A program made the translations under genes and the position numbers. Shown one piece after another: positions 25,442 to 34,773 of a stretch of DNA of 36,658 nt. The notes under the pieces are model-generated. The model ran no database searches and was not told where the DNA came from. It saw only the letters and a list, made by a program, of their open reading frames with translations. Origin of the DNA: a candidate division FCPU426 bacterium (GTDB taxonomy: Bacteria > Oederibacteriota > Muellerivitia > Muellerivitales > Muellerivitaceae); NCBI GenBank assembly GCA_003152075.1, contig PLZG01000022.1, forward strand, positions 40,151 to 76,808, written 5' to 3'. How positions within the stretch are numbered: position 1 is the first letter of the stretch; each line of letters starts with the position of its first letter.

Positions 25442-26077
25442 CTAGACTTTTAGGTTCTCTTCTTGGATAGCAGCCCCGTAAATCCGGCGGAAATACACCT
25501 GCATCTTGAACAAAAACTTGGCATCCAAGGTTGGGGGAATCACTTCGGCCTCGCGACCGTAGAGCTTCTGAATAAGACCCCTCGCCTCATCCGAAACGGT
25601 CAAGAAATGAGTCACCCCCCGGCTGGATTTGAGGTCGCACCCTTGGAGGTAACCTCGAAAAAGCCAGCCCTTCTGTCGCGGGATGGCGGTTTCATCCCCT
25701 TCGTCCCAAAGACCATCCATAGGGCTTTGAAAATAACAAACATGTGTGGCGCTGACGAATGGGCTTACCCATTTGGCGCAGGCCGAGTGAAGCGAAATCA
25801 CCAAATCATAAGGGGTAAGGTTTAGGCTCCTCATCGCCCCCCAATAAAGGGGACGGTACCAAGAAGGATGGCTTTGCCCAAAGGGCAGCCTTTGAATGAA
25901 GGTCGTGGTAATGCGGCGGTCCCGAAAAAGGGGGTCCATTTTTTCGGACTGGTAAACCAGGGTGAAAAGGTCCGCTTTCGGGAAAAGTTCCAAAAACGAG
26001 AGAAGGACTTTTTCTTTTTCCCCCATATTGGTCATCCAGTCGTGGATTAAAGCGATTCTCACTTTTTGAGCCTCCAA
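25442..26077 (-). CDS. GT4 N-terminal domain only (truncated glycosyltransferase)
   Basis: IALIHDWM, LFPKADLFTL, YDLVIS, HVCY..SPM, EVIPP, then ends; no C-terminal EX7E domain. Confidence 0.7.
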   Translation of the reverse strand: MEAQKVRIALIHDWMTNMGEKEKVLLSFLELFPKADLFTLVYQSEKMDPLFRDRRITTTFIQRLPFGQSHPSWYRPLYWGAMRSLNLTPYDLVISLHSACAKWVSPFVSATHVCYFQSPMDGLWDEGDETAIPRQKGWLFRGYLQGCDLKSSRGVTHFLTVSDEARGLIQKLYGREAEVIPPTLDAKFLFKMQVYFRRIYGAAIQEENLKV

Positions 26078-26187
26078 CTGGATAACATTTTTTTGAAAAG
26101 AGCGAAAAGTCTAACTTGAAAAAAGGATATTTCCAAGGTTTTCCTCCGTCGAGAAGGTAAAATGAGGCCCGTAACCCATCAACCCCA

Positions 26188-27402
26188 TTGGAAAGAATCG
26201 TGCGAGGAAATTCCCTCTTCAAAAAAATTGACCGCTGGCTAGGTATCCCGTTGGTGATGTTTTTCGGCGCCCTCGTCCACGCTTGGCGGTGCTTCTTCCG
26301 TTCGCCACCTAAAATCCTGAAGGCCGGGGATAGGGTTTTAGTGGTCAAATTGTCCGCGTTAGGGGACACACTCCTGCTTTTGCCGGTTTTCAAGTCCATC
26401 AAACAAAAAGTAGGCCCTCAGGGTCGTTTATTTATGATCGCCACATCGGTGAATCAGGCGGCCTTGGAAAAATTTCCTTTTGTGGACGAGGTACTGATAG
26501 TCGATTTTTTCCGGATCTTCAAAAACCCCTTCGCGCTTCTAAAATTCTTGGCCCAATTGAGGGCATTTAAGCCCAAATTGGCCCTGGATTTCGACCAATG
26601 GCTGAGAATCTCGCCGATACTTTGTTTTATTTCCGGCGCCCCCCGACTCTTGGGGTTCCGCACCGCCCACCAATACCGGCACGCCCTTTTCCATCAAAGT
26701 GTCCCTAACCAAAAGGGCGAGCATGAATCCGAGCAATTCGCCAAGATAGCCCAGTTGGCGGGCGTTCAGCGTGAATCCATCGAAGCTTATAACGGCTTTC
26801 TGGAGCGGGAAGGTTTGTTCAAGGGACCTGCCACGGATAAAACCGCGGTGGTTAAAAAAACGAGGATTCATTTTCATCCCGGTTGCGGTTCCTATGGTCG
26901 GCTGAGAGCCTGGCCCGAGGAATATTACGCCAAACTGGCCCAAAGCCTGGCCGTAACCCAGGATGTCCTTATTCAAATAACAGGCATGGGAAGTTACGAG
27001 GAAAACCTTGTCAGGGATATCATCCGGCAGTCCGGCATTGACATTCAGGACCATTCGGGCCGTTTGGAGATCACCGAGTTGGCGGATTTATTGAGGAAGG
27101 CGGACTTGGTGGTTTGCGGCAATACTGGCGTGATGCATTTGGCAACGGGCCTGGGCAAGGCCCTGGTGGTAACGAACGGACCTGCGGACCCCGTGAAATG
27201 GGGGCCCAGCTTGCCGGAATCAAATAGCGTAAAAAAAACTGGAATGGGTGAAGTAAAGGTACTATCCGCCAATTTGCTTTGCAGTCCCTGTACGACTTTG
27301 GGATTCGAGTACGGATGCCCTTTCAGGTGTTGCATGGAATCTATCGAAGTGAAAACGGTCTTGAAAGAATGCCTTGATCTCTTGAAAACGGCTAGGGGAT
27401 AA
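26188..27402 (+). CDS. Glycosyltransferase family 9 (heptosyltransferase-like)
   Basis: VKLSALGD, FHPG, RAWP, ADLVVCGNTGVMHLA, GPADPVKWGP, C-terminal CSPC...C..CM. Confidence 0.9.
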   Translation: MERIVRGNSLFKKIDRWLGIPLVMFFGALVHAWRCFFRSPPKILKAGDRVLVVKLSALGDTLLLLPVFKSIKQKVGPQGRLFMIATSVNQAALEKFPFVDEVLIVDFFRIFKNPFALLKFLAQLRAFKPKLALDFDQWLRISPILCFISGAPRLLGFRTAHQYRHALFHQSVPNQKGEHESEQFAKIAQLAGVQRESIEAYNGFLEREGLFKGPATDKTAVVKKTRIHFHPGCGSYGRLRAWPEEYYAKLAQSLAVTQDVLIQITGMGSYEENLVRDIIRQSGIDIQDHSGRLEITELADLLRKADLVVCGNTGVMHLATGLGKALVVTNGPADPVKWGPSLPESNSVKKTGMGEVKVLSANLLCSPCTTLGFEYGCPFRCCMESIEVKTVLKECLDLLKTARG

Positions 27403-27410
27403 ACCGGACT

Positions 27411-27767
27411 TTAGGAAATGAAGAGATAAATGAGAAACCAGGCCGTACCAATGGCCAGCGCGCCTAGGAAAGAGACAAAGAGGGCCTTTTGCCAATCCCA
27501 GCTGAAGCCGCCCCTTCTCTGCCCTACCGGTGAAGTGGCCATTCCATCGTTTTCCGCCATATGGCCGCAAGCCTCAGCCGCGAAAGACTTGGTGGCCCAA
27601 ACGCCCGCCCAGCATTGACGGCAGACCATCCTTTGGCAGTGGGGACAAGCCGCGAAATCCTTCGGATAAAGGGTTAGTTGGGTTCCGCAAATTTGGCATC
27701 GTTGCGGATCGTCAATGAGTGTGTTTTTCTTATCGTTCTTCAACAAGTCAGCCTCCAACTTTTTCAC
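27411..27767 (-). CDS. Small zinc-finger protein with C-terminal membrane anchor
   Basis: CxxC-x13-CxxC-x4-CxxC-x14-CxH plus a hydrophobic C-terminal helix. Confidence 0.7.
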   Translation of the reverse strand: MKKLEADLLKNDKKNTLIDDPQRCQICGTQLTLYPKDFAACPHCQRMVCRQCWAGVWATKSFAAEACGHMAENDGMATSPVGQRRGGFSWDWQKALFVSFLGALAIGTAWFLIYLFIS

Positions 27768-27821
27768 GGCTTTAAGAGCCCAAAGTCTACTCTGAAACCA
27801 AGGGAATTTTAAGTTTAAACT

Positions 27822-29126
27822 TCAGCTTTCTTTCGAGAATTCCATGACTTCCAAACCCACCACCAGGCAATAGGCCAGTGAAAGGAAATTCAGGCCGCGG
27901 GAAAGTAGTCCCTTGTCACGGGAAACCCGGCCGCTTAAAAACTTCAGAACCGCGATATCACAGGCCTTTCGTTTTTCCTGTAGCACATGGCGTTTGCGGT
28001 AAATAGCCAGGGGGTGGCTCAGGATCCAAGTCACCGCGAAAAAGTTCCCCAGGAAAAAATTAAAACCCAGCCCCAGGCTTTGCGCCAGCCGCCCCAGGGC
28101 TTCCCCGACGATCCAGGGAAGAATTTTTAACAGGTTACCCGTTTCATAAAAGAGGAATAGGTTCAACCACCGGTTGCGGGTCTGGTAATAAACCGTTTTC
28201 CAGCCCTGGAACTTGGACATGGTGCCGCCCGGCTCGTGAAACACCTTGGCGTCCGGGGACTTGCGAACCTGGCGGTTTTGAAGCCTGAACCTCCAACCCA
28301 GGTACACATCCTCCTGGTAAATGAAATAATCGGGGTCAAAGGGCCCCTCGGGCGCGAGAAAGCGAGCGTACATGAGGGAACAGCCCTCGGGATAAAATAC
28401 CGCCTGGGGGTCCTCAAAATAACCTTCCACGGGATTCCCCAGGAGGTTAAGGGTCCATTGGTCTTCTTTCCTGTTTTCCTCCACCCCCTTGTTGGATTTA
28501 ACCGCCGAGGCCAACACCCCCACCTTGGGCCAATGTTCCTGAAAGTCCGAGACCATCCTAGCCAACCAATCAGGTGTCACTACCGCGTCATTGTTCAAAA
28601 GCACCACCAGGTCCCCGGTCGCGTACTTTGCGCCCAGATTGCTTCCCATGGCGAATCCGAAATTTTCCTGGCATTCCATAATCTTCACCTGAGGATAATT
28701 AGCCTTCACGAAGGAAACGCTGGTGTCCTCCGAGCCGTTGTCCACCAGGATGATTTCATGCGGAAGATAAGTCTGGGTTTTCAGGGCAAAGAGGCAGTGC
28801 CAAAGGAAATCCACCCCGTCATGGTTGACCACGACCACCGAAACCCTGGGTCTCCCCAGGGAGCCCTCGAATTCCTGTTCCATGCGCCGCAAAAGCGAGA
28901 GAGTCGGGGGGTAGCCTTCTGGAAGCGGAAGATAATCTTTCTTTGTGGGCAATGAACTGGGCTCAAAGATCTTCCGAACCGGCTTAAAAGAAATTATTTT
29001 TTTCGGAGAGTGCTTCTCGGGGACGGATAACCTTTTTATCGGCTTTGGGCGCCGAATGGGTTTTTGGAATTTTCTCTTTGGACGGATTTTTAACCGGGGT
29101 ATTTTTCTAATTCTTTTTTTAGCCAT
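27822..29126 (-). CDS. Glycosyltransferase family 2 with highly basic N-terminal extension
   Basis: VSVVVVN, VDNGSED, NFGFAMGSN, LLNND, FIYQEDV, RNR motifs. Confidence 0.9.
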   Translation of the reverse strand: MAKKRIRKIPRLKIRPKRKFQKPIRRPKPIKRLSVPEKHSPKKIISFKPVRKIFEPSSLPTKKDYLPLPEGYPPTLSLLRRMEQEFEGSLGRPRVSVVVVNHDGVDFLWHCLFALKTQTYLPHEIILVDNGSEDTSVSFVKANYPQVKIMECQENFGFAMGSNLGAKYATGDLVVLLNNDAVVTPDWLARMVSDFQEHWPKVGVLASAVKSNKGVEENRKEDQWTLNLLGNPVEGYFEDPQAVFYPEGCSLMYARFLAPEGPFDPDYFIYQEDVYLGWRFRLQNRQVRKSPDAKVFHEPGGTMSKFQGWKTVYYQTRNRWLNLFLFYETGNLLKILPWIVGEALGRLAQSLGLGFNFFLGNFFAVTWILSHPLAIYRKRHVLQEKRKACDIAVLKFLSGRVSRDKGLLSRGLNFLSLAYCLVVGLEVMEFSKES

Positions 29127-30264
29127 GAGCCTGTACGGTCATCTTCAAGGCAGTCAAGGTCTGCTTAGCGGTGTTTTCCATTTGGAACAGGCTGATTCGA
29201 GTTCGCCCCTTATCCTTCAAAACTCCTTTGAAGGATGGCTCGTTCACGATCCTTTCCATGGCATTGGCCCAATCCCCCACGTTGGAGGGGTCAATCATCC
29301 AGGCTCCATCCCCCGCGACTTCCGGGATAGCGGCGCTATTGGAACAAATAACGGGCAAGCCGCAACCCATGGCTTCCAAAATGGGCATCCCGAAACCTTC
29401 CTTGATCAAGGGATAAACCAACGCCTCCGCCCCGGTGTACAAACCCGGAAGGACCTCCCCGGGTACGTAATCCAGCCAACGAACCTTGTTGGCCAATTGG
29501 GGCGATAGAATAAAGTGCATAAAATCATCCCCGATCCAACCCTTGGGACCCGCCAAAATCAACTCATGGTCTGATTGAACCTTTTGCTTGAATAAAAGGA
29601 AGGCGTGGACGAGGCGCAGGAGATTTTTTCTGGGTTCCATGGTACCCACGAACAAAAAATAAGGCCTCGTTAAACGGTACTTGTCCCTTACGGCGAGGAC
29701 TTTATCCAGTGAGGCGGGATGGCGAAATCCATCGGGAAGGCCATGGGGTATGACCCTCACCTTGTTTTCCGGAAGATGCTTGTAATGTTTTAACATTTCC
29801 TTCCGGTTGTAATCCGAACAGGTCAGGATTAAATCAGCTTTATCCTCTTCTTTTTCCAAAGTGTGGCCAAGGGTCTTAATCGCTTCTTGGGAAGCCATCT
29901 CGGGATTCGTCAGGAAGGTTAAATCGTGGACGAATAGGACTTTTTTACCTTGTTTTTGGGGCGTTGGCAGGTAATTGGGGTAAAAATAAACGTCCGCAGG
30001 GCGGCCGATAAGGCTATCCATGGCGGGGGTTCCCAGGGTATTCCAGGTGAGCTTCAGGGCCGCCCAAGGATAATGGGTTGCGCTGACGGACACGAAACGG
30101 TTTTCATAAACCCGGTCCTTTTCCTCGGGGGTTGGATTGTTCATCCAGACATATATTTTATCCTCTTCCAGGATGTGCGACATGGCTTCCAAAAGGTGGG
30201 TCAGGTACCAACCCACACCCTTGCGCGCGCCTTGGAGACAGGTGCCATCAATTCCAATGATCAA
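29119..30264 (-). CDS. Glycosyltransferase family 4
   Basis: IGID, GVGWY, HDL, FVGTMEPRKN, EGFGMPILEAM. Confidence 0.93.
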   Translation of the reverse strand: MIIGIDGTCLQGARKGVGWYLTHLLEAMSHILEEDKIYVWMNNPTPEEKDRVYENRFVSVSATHYPWAALKLTWNTLGTPAMDSLIGRPADVYFYPNYLPTPQKQGKKVLFVHDLTFLTNPEMASQEAIKTLGHTLEKEEDKADLILTCSDYNRKEMLKHYKHLPENKVRVIPHGLPDGFRHPASLDKVLAVRDKYRLTRPYFLFVGTMEPRKNLLRLVHAFLLFKQKVQSDHELILAGPKGWIGDDFMHFILSPQLANKVRWLDYVPGEVLPGLYTGAEALVYPLIKEGFGMPILEAMGCGLPVICSNSAAIPEVAGDGAWMIDPSNVGDWANAMERIVNEPSFKGVLKDKGRTRISLFQMENTAKQTLTALKMTVQAHG

Positions 30265-30393
30265 TTGTGTTCTCCGGGAAAATTAAATCGATGGTTCAAG
30301 GGTTTCTAGTATACTTTAGCCCTTGTGGTTTTAAAGTTATAAGTAAACTCACAAATCTTTGTTTATTTCAACCCAAGGACGCGTTTGTTTCCC

Positions 30394-31767
30394 ATGAAAG
30401 CGGATACCTACCCCAGTGGCTCGAGCCTTTTTCATTTTTTTTTAAAATCCAAAGCCATTTCAACCTTTCTTTTTGCCGTGCTTTTCTTCCTCTGTTTTTC
30501 GGATCAGGTTTTTTCGACCCGAATACTCGGGTTCAATTTTCGCTGGGGTCAAATTCTTCTTTTATTACTGGCTTGGCCCTCTCTAACACGATTGATAGCC
30601 GACGTTCGGAAAGGCTCACTTGAGGGAAATAACCGGTTAAGGCTTTTATTTTATTGGGCCCCCTTTTTCCTTATCTATGGGCTTGCCGCCCTGAACTCAA
30701 CCTCCCCTTTTTTAACGGGGATAAAAGGATGCTGGGGAATATTCAACATAGGTTGCGCTTTATTAGTGGTATTGAACCCGCAGTGGGACCTTTGGACGAA
30801 AAACGCTTTTCTTCGGGGTTTCCAATGGGGCATTGGGTTAGTCGCCGGGATAATCTGGGTTCAATTGTTGGCGTCCTGTTGGTTTGGAATATCCCAAGCT
30901 GGCAATATCCACGATCAGATTAGTCAACGCGTAACCATTTCCTTCCCCCACTTCGTTCTTCTTTTGGGATTCGGTCAACCCATTGGAACATTTGATAATA
31001 TTAACCTATTTCGTCCATGTGCCTTTTACTATGAACCTTCCTATGCGGGTTGCGCGTTGTCTTTCGCCCTCCCCCTCTTGTTGATTTTGGATGAACAAGA
31101 GGGATCTGCCCGGAAGGGTTGGTTACCCGGTTTCATTTTGGCGACAGTTTTTCTGGTTAGTTCCCGGTCCGGCATTTTGTCGGCCTTTTTGAGCCTATCC
31201 CTGGCCTCTTTTTATTTTCTCCTTCAAAACCAAAAAACATTCCTCAAAACCATCGGTAAATGCCTTGGAGTCGGGTTTCTTTTGGTCCTTATGTTTTGCG
31301 CCACCCCCCATGCCAGGAAATTCGTCCATTACATCTTTTTTCCCTTGGGCATTGAGTCCGTTTCCAGATTTAATAATATTGGAACCAGCGAGGGCGGGCG
31401 GTTCGCGAATATTATCCAAAGCCTTAAAATTTGCAAGCTACATCCTTTTCTGGGCAACGGGATTTACGCCGGTTCGGGAGTAGGCGGCAACGGCCTGGGG
31501 CAACTGGCCATGAATACTTGGCTCGAAATCGGGCTTGAGTCTGGGGCTTTTGGAGTATTAACTTTCCTGGGAGCACTCTTGGCTTCGATGCGTTGGGCCC
31601 TGAAAGGTGGTTTTTTTCCGGGAGAAAAGTTCTGGGCCTTCGCCGCTTGGACATCTCACCTTGCCTTGAATCTGAATTTAACTCAGACATTCCCCCGGCT
31701 GGACTACTGGTTGATATTTTATTTTTCAATCTATCTCTTAATCCGCTCCGGCCTGAAAAAGTTTTAG
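30394..31767 (+). CDS. Multi-TM O-antigen polymerase/ligase-like protein (Wzy/WaaL)
   Basis: About 10-12 hydrophobic segments, R..AFYYEPS, SRSG, HPFLGNG, NTWLEIGLESG. ATG 30394 preferred to TTG 30385. Confidence 0.75.
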   Translation: MKADTYPSGSSLFHFFLKSKAISTFLFAVLFFLCFSDQVFSTRILGFNFRWGQILLLLLAWPSLTRLIADVRKGSLEGNNRLRLLFYWAPFFLIYGLAALNSTSPFLTGIKGCWGIFNIGCALLVVLNPQWDLWTKNAFLRGFQWGIGLVAGIIWVQLLASCWFGISQAGNIHDQISQRVTISFPHFVLLLGFGQPIGTFDNINLFRPCAFYYEPSYAGCALSFALPLLLILDEQEGSARKGWLPGFILATVFLVSSRSGILSAFLSLSLASFYFLLQNQKTFLKTIGKCLGVGFLLVLMFCATPHARKFVHYIFFPLGIESVSRFNNIGTSEGGRFANIIQSLKICKLHPFLGNGIYAGSGVGGNGLGQLAMNTWLEIGLESGAFGVLTFLGALLASMRWALKGGFFPGEKFWAFAAWTSHLALNLNLTQTFPRLDYWLIFYFSIYLLIRSGLKKF

Positions 31768-31786
31768 GGCCCGATCGCCCTTTTCA

Positions 31787-32515
31787 TCATTTCTTTTTCT
31801 TTTGCCTAAGCTTTTGGGCGCCTAAATAAAAATTCGTTTCCAAGCTTTGGACAAGGGGGAAATCAACAAAACCCCGTTCATAACCTTTTAGTTTCTTTAA
31901 TCGAAAAAAAATTCCCCAAGCCATTGTGGGAAAAAGAAGAGCCAAAGGCCTGGCGATAAAAGGGGGGAATGGGTAAAAATTAGCCCCTCCAAAACCCATT
32001 AGCTGATAAACCCCGGGAGCGCAGCTTTCAAGGAAATTCAAGATGTCCCCCTTCGTGAAACCCCTCACATGGGCTGAATTGGTTTTGCAGGGACTCGGTT
32101 GCTTCCCGAAAGCCAGTAATATCCGGTTATGAAGGGCGGCCATGTTTGGAATTCCAAGAATCAACGTCCCCCCCGCCGAAAGAACCCGCGATATCTCATG
32201 AAATATCCAAAACACTTCCTTCGTGTGTTCCAGCACCTGGTTTATGATCACAACATCCACCGTGCCGTCACCGAAAGGCAGACGGTCTTTCTCGATGTTT
32301 AAGCCATAAACCTTTATGCCCCCCGCCGAAAGCTTCCTGGCGTACTCCGGGTGGACCTCGATGCCGTAAAGCTTGGATTGCGGACAAACCTCCCGCGCCA
32401 ATCTTAAATCATCACCCCCGCCAGCACCTAAATCCAAGACGGTTTGATAAGGGCCCGATTCTTGAAGAAAAAGCTTAATGAGCGGCCTTCCATAATTTAA
32501 GGATCGATCAATCAT
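31787..32515 (-). CDS. Class I SAM-dependent methyltransferase
   Basis: VLDLGAGGG, GIE, LPF...VDVV, VLEH, RVLSAGG..IPN. Confidence 0.9.
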   Translation of the reverse strand: MIDRSLNYGRPLIKLFLQESGPYQTVLDLGAGGGDDLRLAREVCPQSKLYGIEVHPEYARKLSAGGIKVYGLNIEKDRLPFGDGTVDVVIINQVLEHTKEVFWIFHEISRVLSAGGTLILGIPNMAALHNRILLAFGKQPSPCKTNSAHVRGFTKGDILNFLESCAPGVYQLMGFGGANFYPFPPFIARPLALLFPTMAWGIFFRLKKLKGYERGFVDFPLVQSLETNFYLGAQKLRQKKKK

Positions 32516-32542
32516 TTTTTCTCCCCAAAACCATTGTTGGAT

Positions 32543-33622
32543 TCACGAAAGGTTAATTTTATCCATTAAAGCGCTTGTCTGGGCAGCGCATTTGTCCCAG
32601 GAAAATTCCTTGGCCCTTTTTAAGCCCTTTTGGATCAAATCATTCCTCAGTTTTTTGTCCCGTATCAGCCGAAGTGTTTTTTCGGCTATATCGGCGGGAC
32701 TATAGGGGTCAAAATAAAGTGCCGCGTTGGAACAAACTTCGGGGATCGATGCGGCATTGGACGCCGCCACGGGACAACCGCAAGCCATGGCCTCCAGCGG
32801 GGGCAGGCCAAAACCCTCGTAAAGGGATGGGAAAATCAAGGCTTCCGCCTGGGCATAATAGCCTTTCAACTCTTCAGCGCTGACCTTACCCGTGAACCTA
32901 ACCCTCCCCCCAAACCCTTCCGCGATTTTCTGAACTTCCCGGTCCCCCGTGATAAACCCTTCTTTTTGGCCGACTAGGACCAAGTCGTGGGGTAACTTGT
33001 CCTTCAACAGTTTGAAAGCTTCCAACAACCTTTTCAAGTTTTTATGGGGCTTGATGTTTCCGACGTAAAGCAAGTAAGGGTTAGCGCCGGATTCTTTCTT
33101 TCCCCTTAGCTCGAAAAAAGACAGGTCGACACCCAGGGGGATGACTTGGATTTTTTCCGGTTGGGCGCTCGTAAGCCTCATCAATTCTCTTTTCGTAAAT
33201 TCCGAAATGACGGAGATGGCCGAGGCCTTCCTCACCGCTCGCCCGAACATGAACTTGGCGTATAGGTGCCGATGGAATCCCCCCACGAACTCCCCCATGG
33301 CCAGGTGGAACAGGTCATGCACCGTTACTAGCATTTTCCCACCATAAAACACCGGAATATCGTAATGCGGAACCCAAAGTAAATCAGTATCCTTGGGTAT
33401 TTTCCTGGCCAGCTCCCATTGCTGGCCCAGGGAATAAATGGGTGAATGGCATTCCACCCATTGGACAGCCGGACCTTTCGCCCAATCCGGGGCCTCCCCT
33501 TTCTTCCCTAGAAGACAAAAGGAATCTTTTGACCGGAGCCGAACGAGACGCAGTACGACGTTTTGAATGTAGATGCCAATCCCAGAGGAATAAAGCATCC
33601 TAATATCGATGGTGATTTTCAT
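32543..33622 (-). CDS. Glycosyltransferase family 4
   Basis: SGIGIY, TVHDL, YVGNIKPHKN, FPSLYEGFGLPPLEAM. Confidence 0.95.
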   Translation of the reverse strand: MKITIDIRMLYSSGIGIYIQNVVLRLVRLRSKDSFCLLGKKGEAPDWAKGPAVQWVECHSPIYSLGQQWELARKIPKDTDLLWVPHYDIPVFYGGKMLVTVHDLFHLAMGEFVGGFHRHLYAKFMFGRAVRKASAISVISEFTKRELMRLTSAQPEKIQVIPLGVDLSFFELRGKKESGANPYLLYVGNIKPHKNLKRLLEAFKLLKDKLPHDLVLVGQKEGFITGDREVQKIAEGFGGRVRFTGKVSAEELKGYYAQAEALIFPSLYEGFGLPPLEAMACGCPVAASNAASIPEVCSNAALYFDPYSPADIAEKTLRLIRDKKLRNDLIQKGLKRAKEFSWDKCAAQTSALMDKINLS

Positions 33623-34773
33623 TTGGTTTTCCTCGAGATCACTTCAAGGATTTGGTCAACTCTCTTATCCCAGGAATTCCGGCGGGCGAACCGGACATAA
33701 GAAGCCTTACGAGATTTGGCGGCCATTGCCTTGCGGATGGCCCGGATAAAAGAAGGGGCGTCCTGGGTTAAATAAGTGGGAGACTTAAGCCCCTTTAATT
33801 CCTCCCATTCCACGCTTACCACGGGTAATCCACAGGCCATGTACTCGTAGAGCTTGATGGGGCTGACCGAGTTGATTAATTCATTGTTCTTGAATGGGAT
33901 CAACCCCACTTGGCAGGCCTTCAAGTTGGCTGGAATGGTTCCGTAAGGCCGGGGCCCCAACACATGGATATTCTTAAACCGCGCCAGCCCTGATAAATCA
34001 ATTCGCGGGGGGCCGATCAACACGAAAGAAACTTTCGGAAGTCCTTTTGCCGCGGCCTCTAAAAGTTCCAGGTCAAACCATTTTTCCATGGCGCCCACAT
34101 AAACCGCCCGTGGCTTGGGGATAGTCCTTAAGTCTTCCGGTTCCCTTTCGGGCGTCCCGTTGAAATGCTCAAAATCCACTCCGTTTGGAATATAAATGGA
34201 ATCCCGAAAGCCGAACTTTTTCTCCAACCATTTTTGAAGTGGCCGGGCGGTGACGATAACCGAATCACAATGCTCGATCGCGTATCGTATCAGCCCTTCC
34301 ATCGTGCGGGGTGTTGTCTCAAAACCCAACACATTGTCAGTCAGGCGGAGGATATTTTTTTTAGCCCCGACTTCGTTCATCAAGGGCACGAAACGCGGAT
34401 CTCCCATTAAGAAAAGGTCAAAAGGTCCACGTTTTCCAATCACCCCATTCAGGGGTGGAAAAGTGAATTTGAGGTTATTCCAAGCGGTCCAGGAATTATC
34501 GAAAGGTAACAGGCGCGCGAAAGGAAAAAGGGAAAAGGGAACGTAGGAAAAGAGGCCTGGCATTTGGGTTTTACCGACCGCCAGCCAATTTTTCAGGCGT
34601 TTGAGGGTCTCGCCCCGTTTGGAGGTAAAAAGGTTCGCCAGGTGCAAAGGGGTTAGTGGGGTTGAAAGATAAGTCACTTGATAGCCCTTTTGGACAAGCC
34701 CCCGGGCCAGATGGTGGCAACCCACTTGGAAAAGCGAGTCGAAATGAGTATGTTCCCCCATTAAAATTTTCAT
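33619..34773 (-). CDS. GT-B glycosyltransferase (TuaH/GumK-like)
   Basis: PNGVDFEHF, YVGA...WFD, GLIPF, SPIKLYEYMACGLPVV. Start at ATG 34773 overlaps the upstream TGA (ATGA). Confidence 0.88.
   Translation of the reverse strand: MKILMGEHTHFDSLFQVGCHHLARGLVQKGYQVTYLSTPLTPLHLANLFTSKRGETLKRLKNWLAVGKTQMPGLFSYVPFSLFPFARLLPFDNSWTAWNNLKFTFPPLNGVIGKRGPFDLFLMGDPRFVPLMNEVGAKKNILRLTDNVLGFETTPRTMEGLIRYAIEHCDSVIVTARPLQKWLEKKFGFRDSIYIPNGVDFEHFNGTPEREPEDLRTIPKPRAVYVGAMEKWFDLELLEAAAKGLPKVSFVLIGPPRIDLSGLARFKNIHVLGPRPYGTIPANLKACQVGLIPFKNNELINSVSPIKLYEYMACGLPVVSVEWEELKGLKSPTYLTQDAPSFIRAIRKAMAAKSRKASYVRFARRNSWDKRVDQILEVISRKTK

Noticed and set aside
25806-26402. 198-aa minus-strand ORF as a frameshifted part of the half-GT4
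   Set aside because: It lies upstream of and overlaps that gene and GT9, and has no GT motifs, so it does not supply the missing C-terminal domain.
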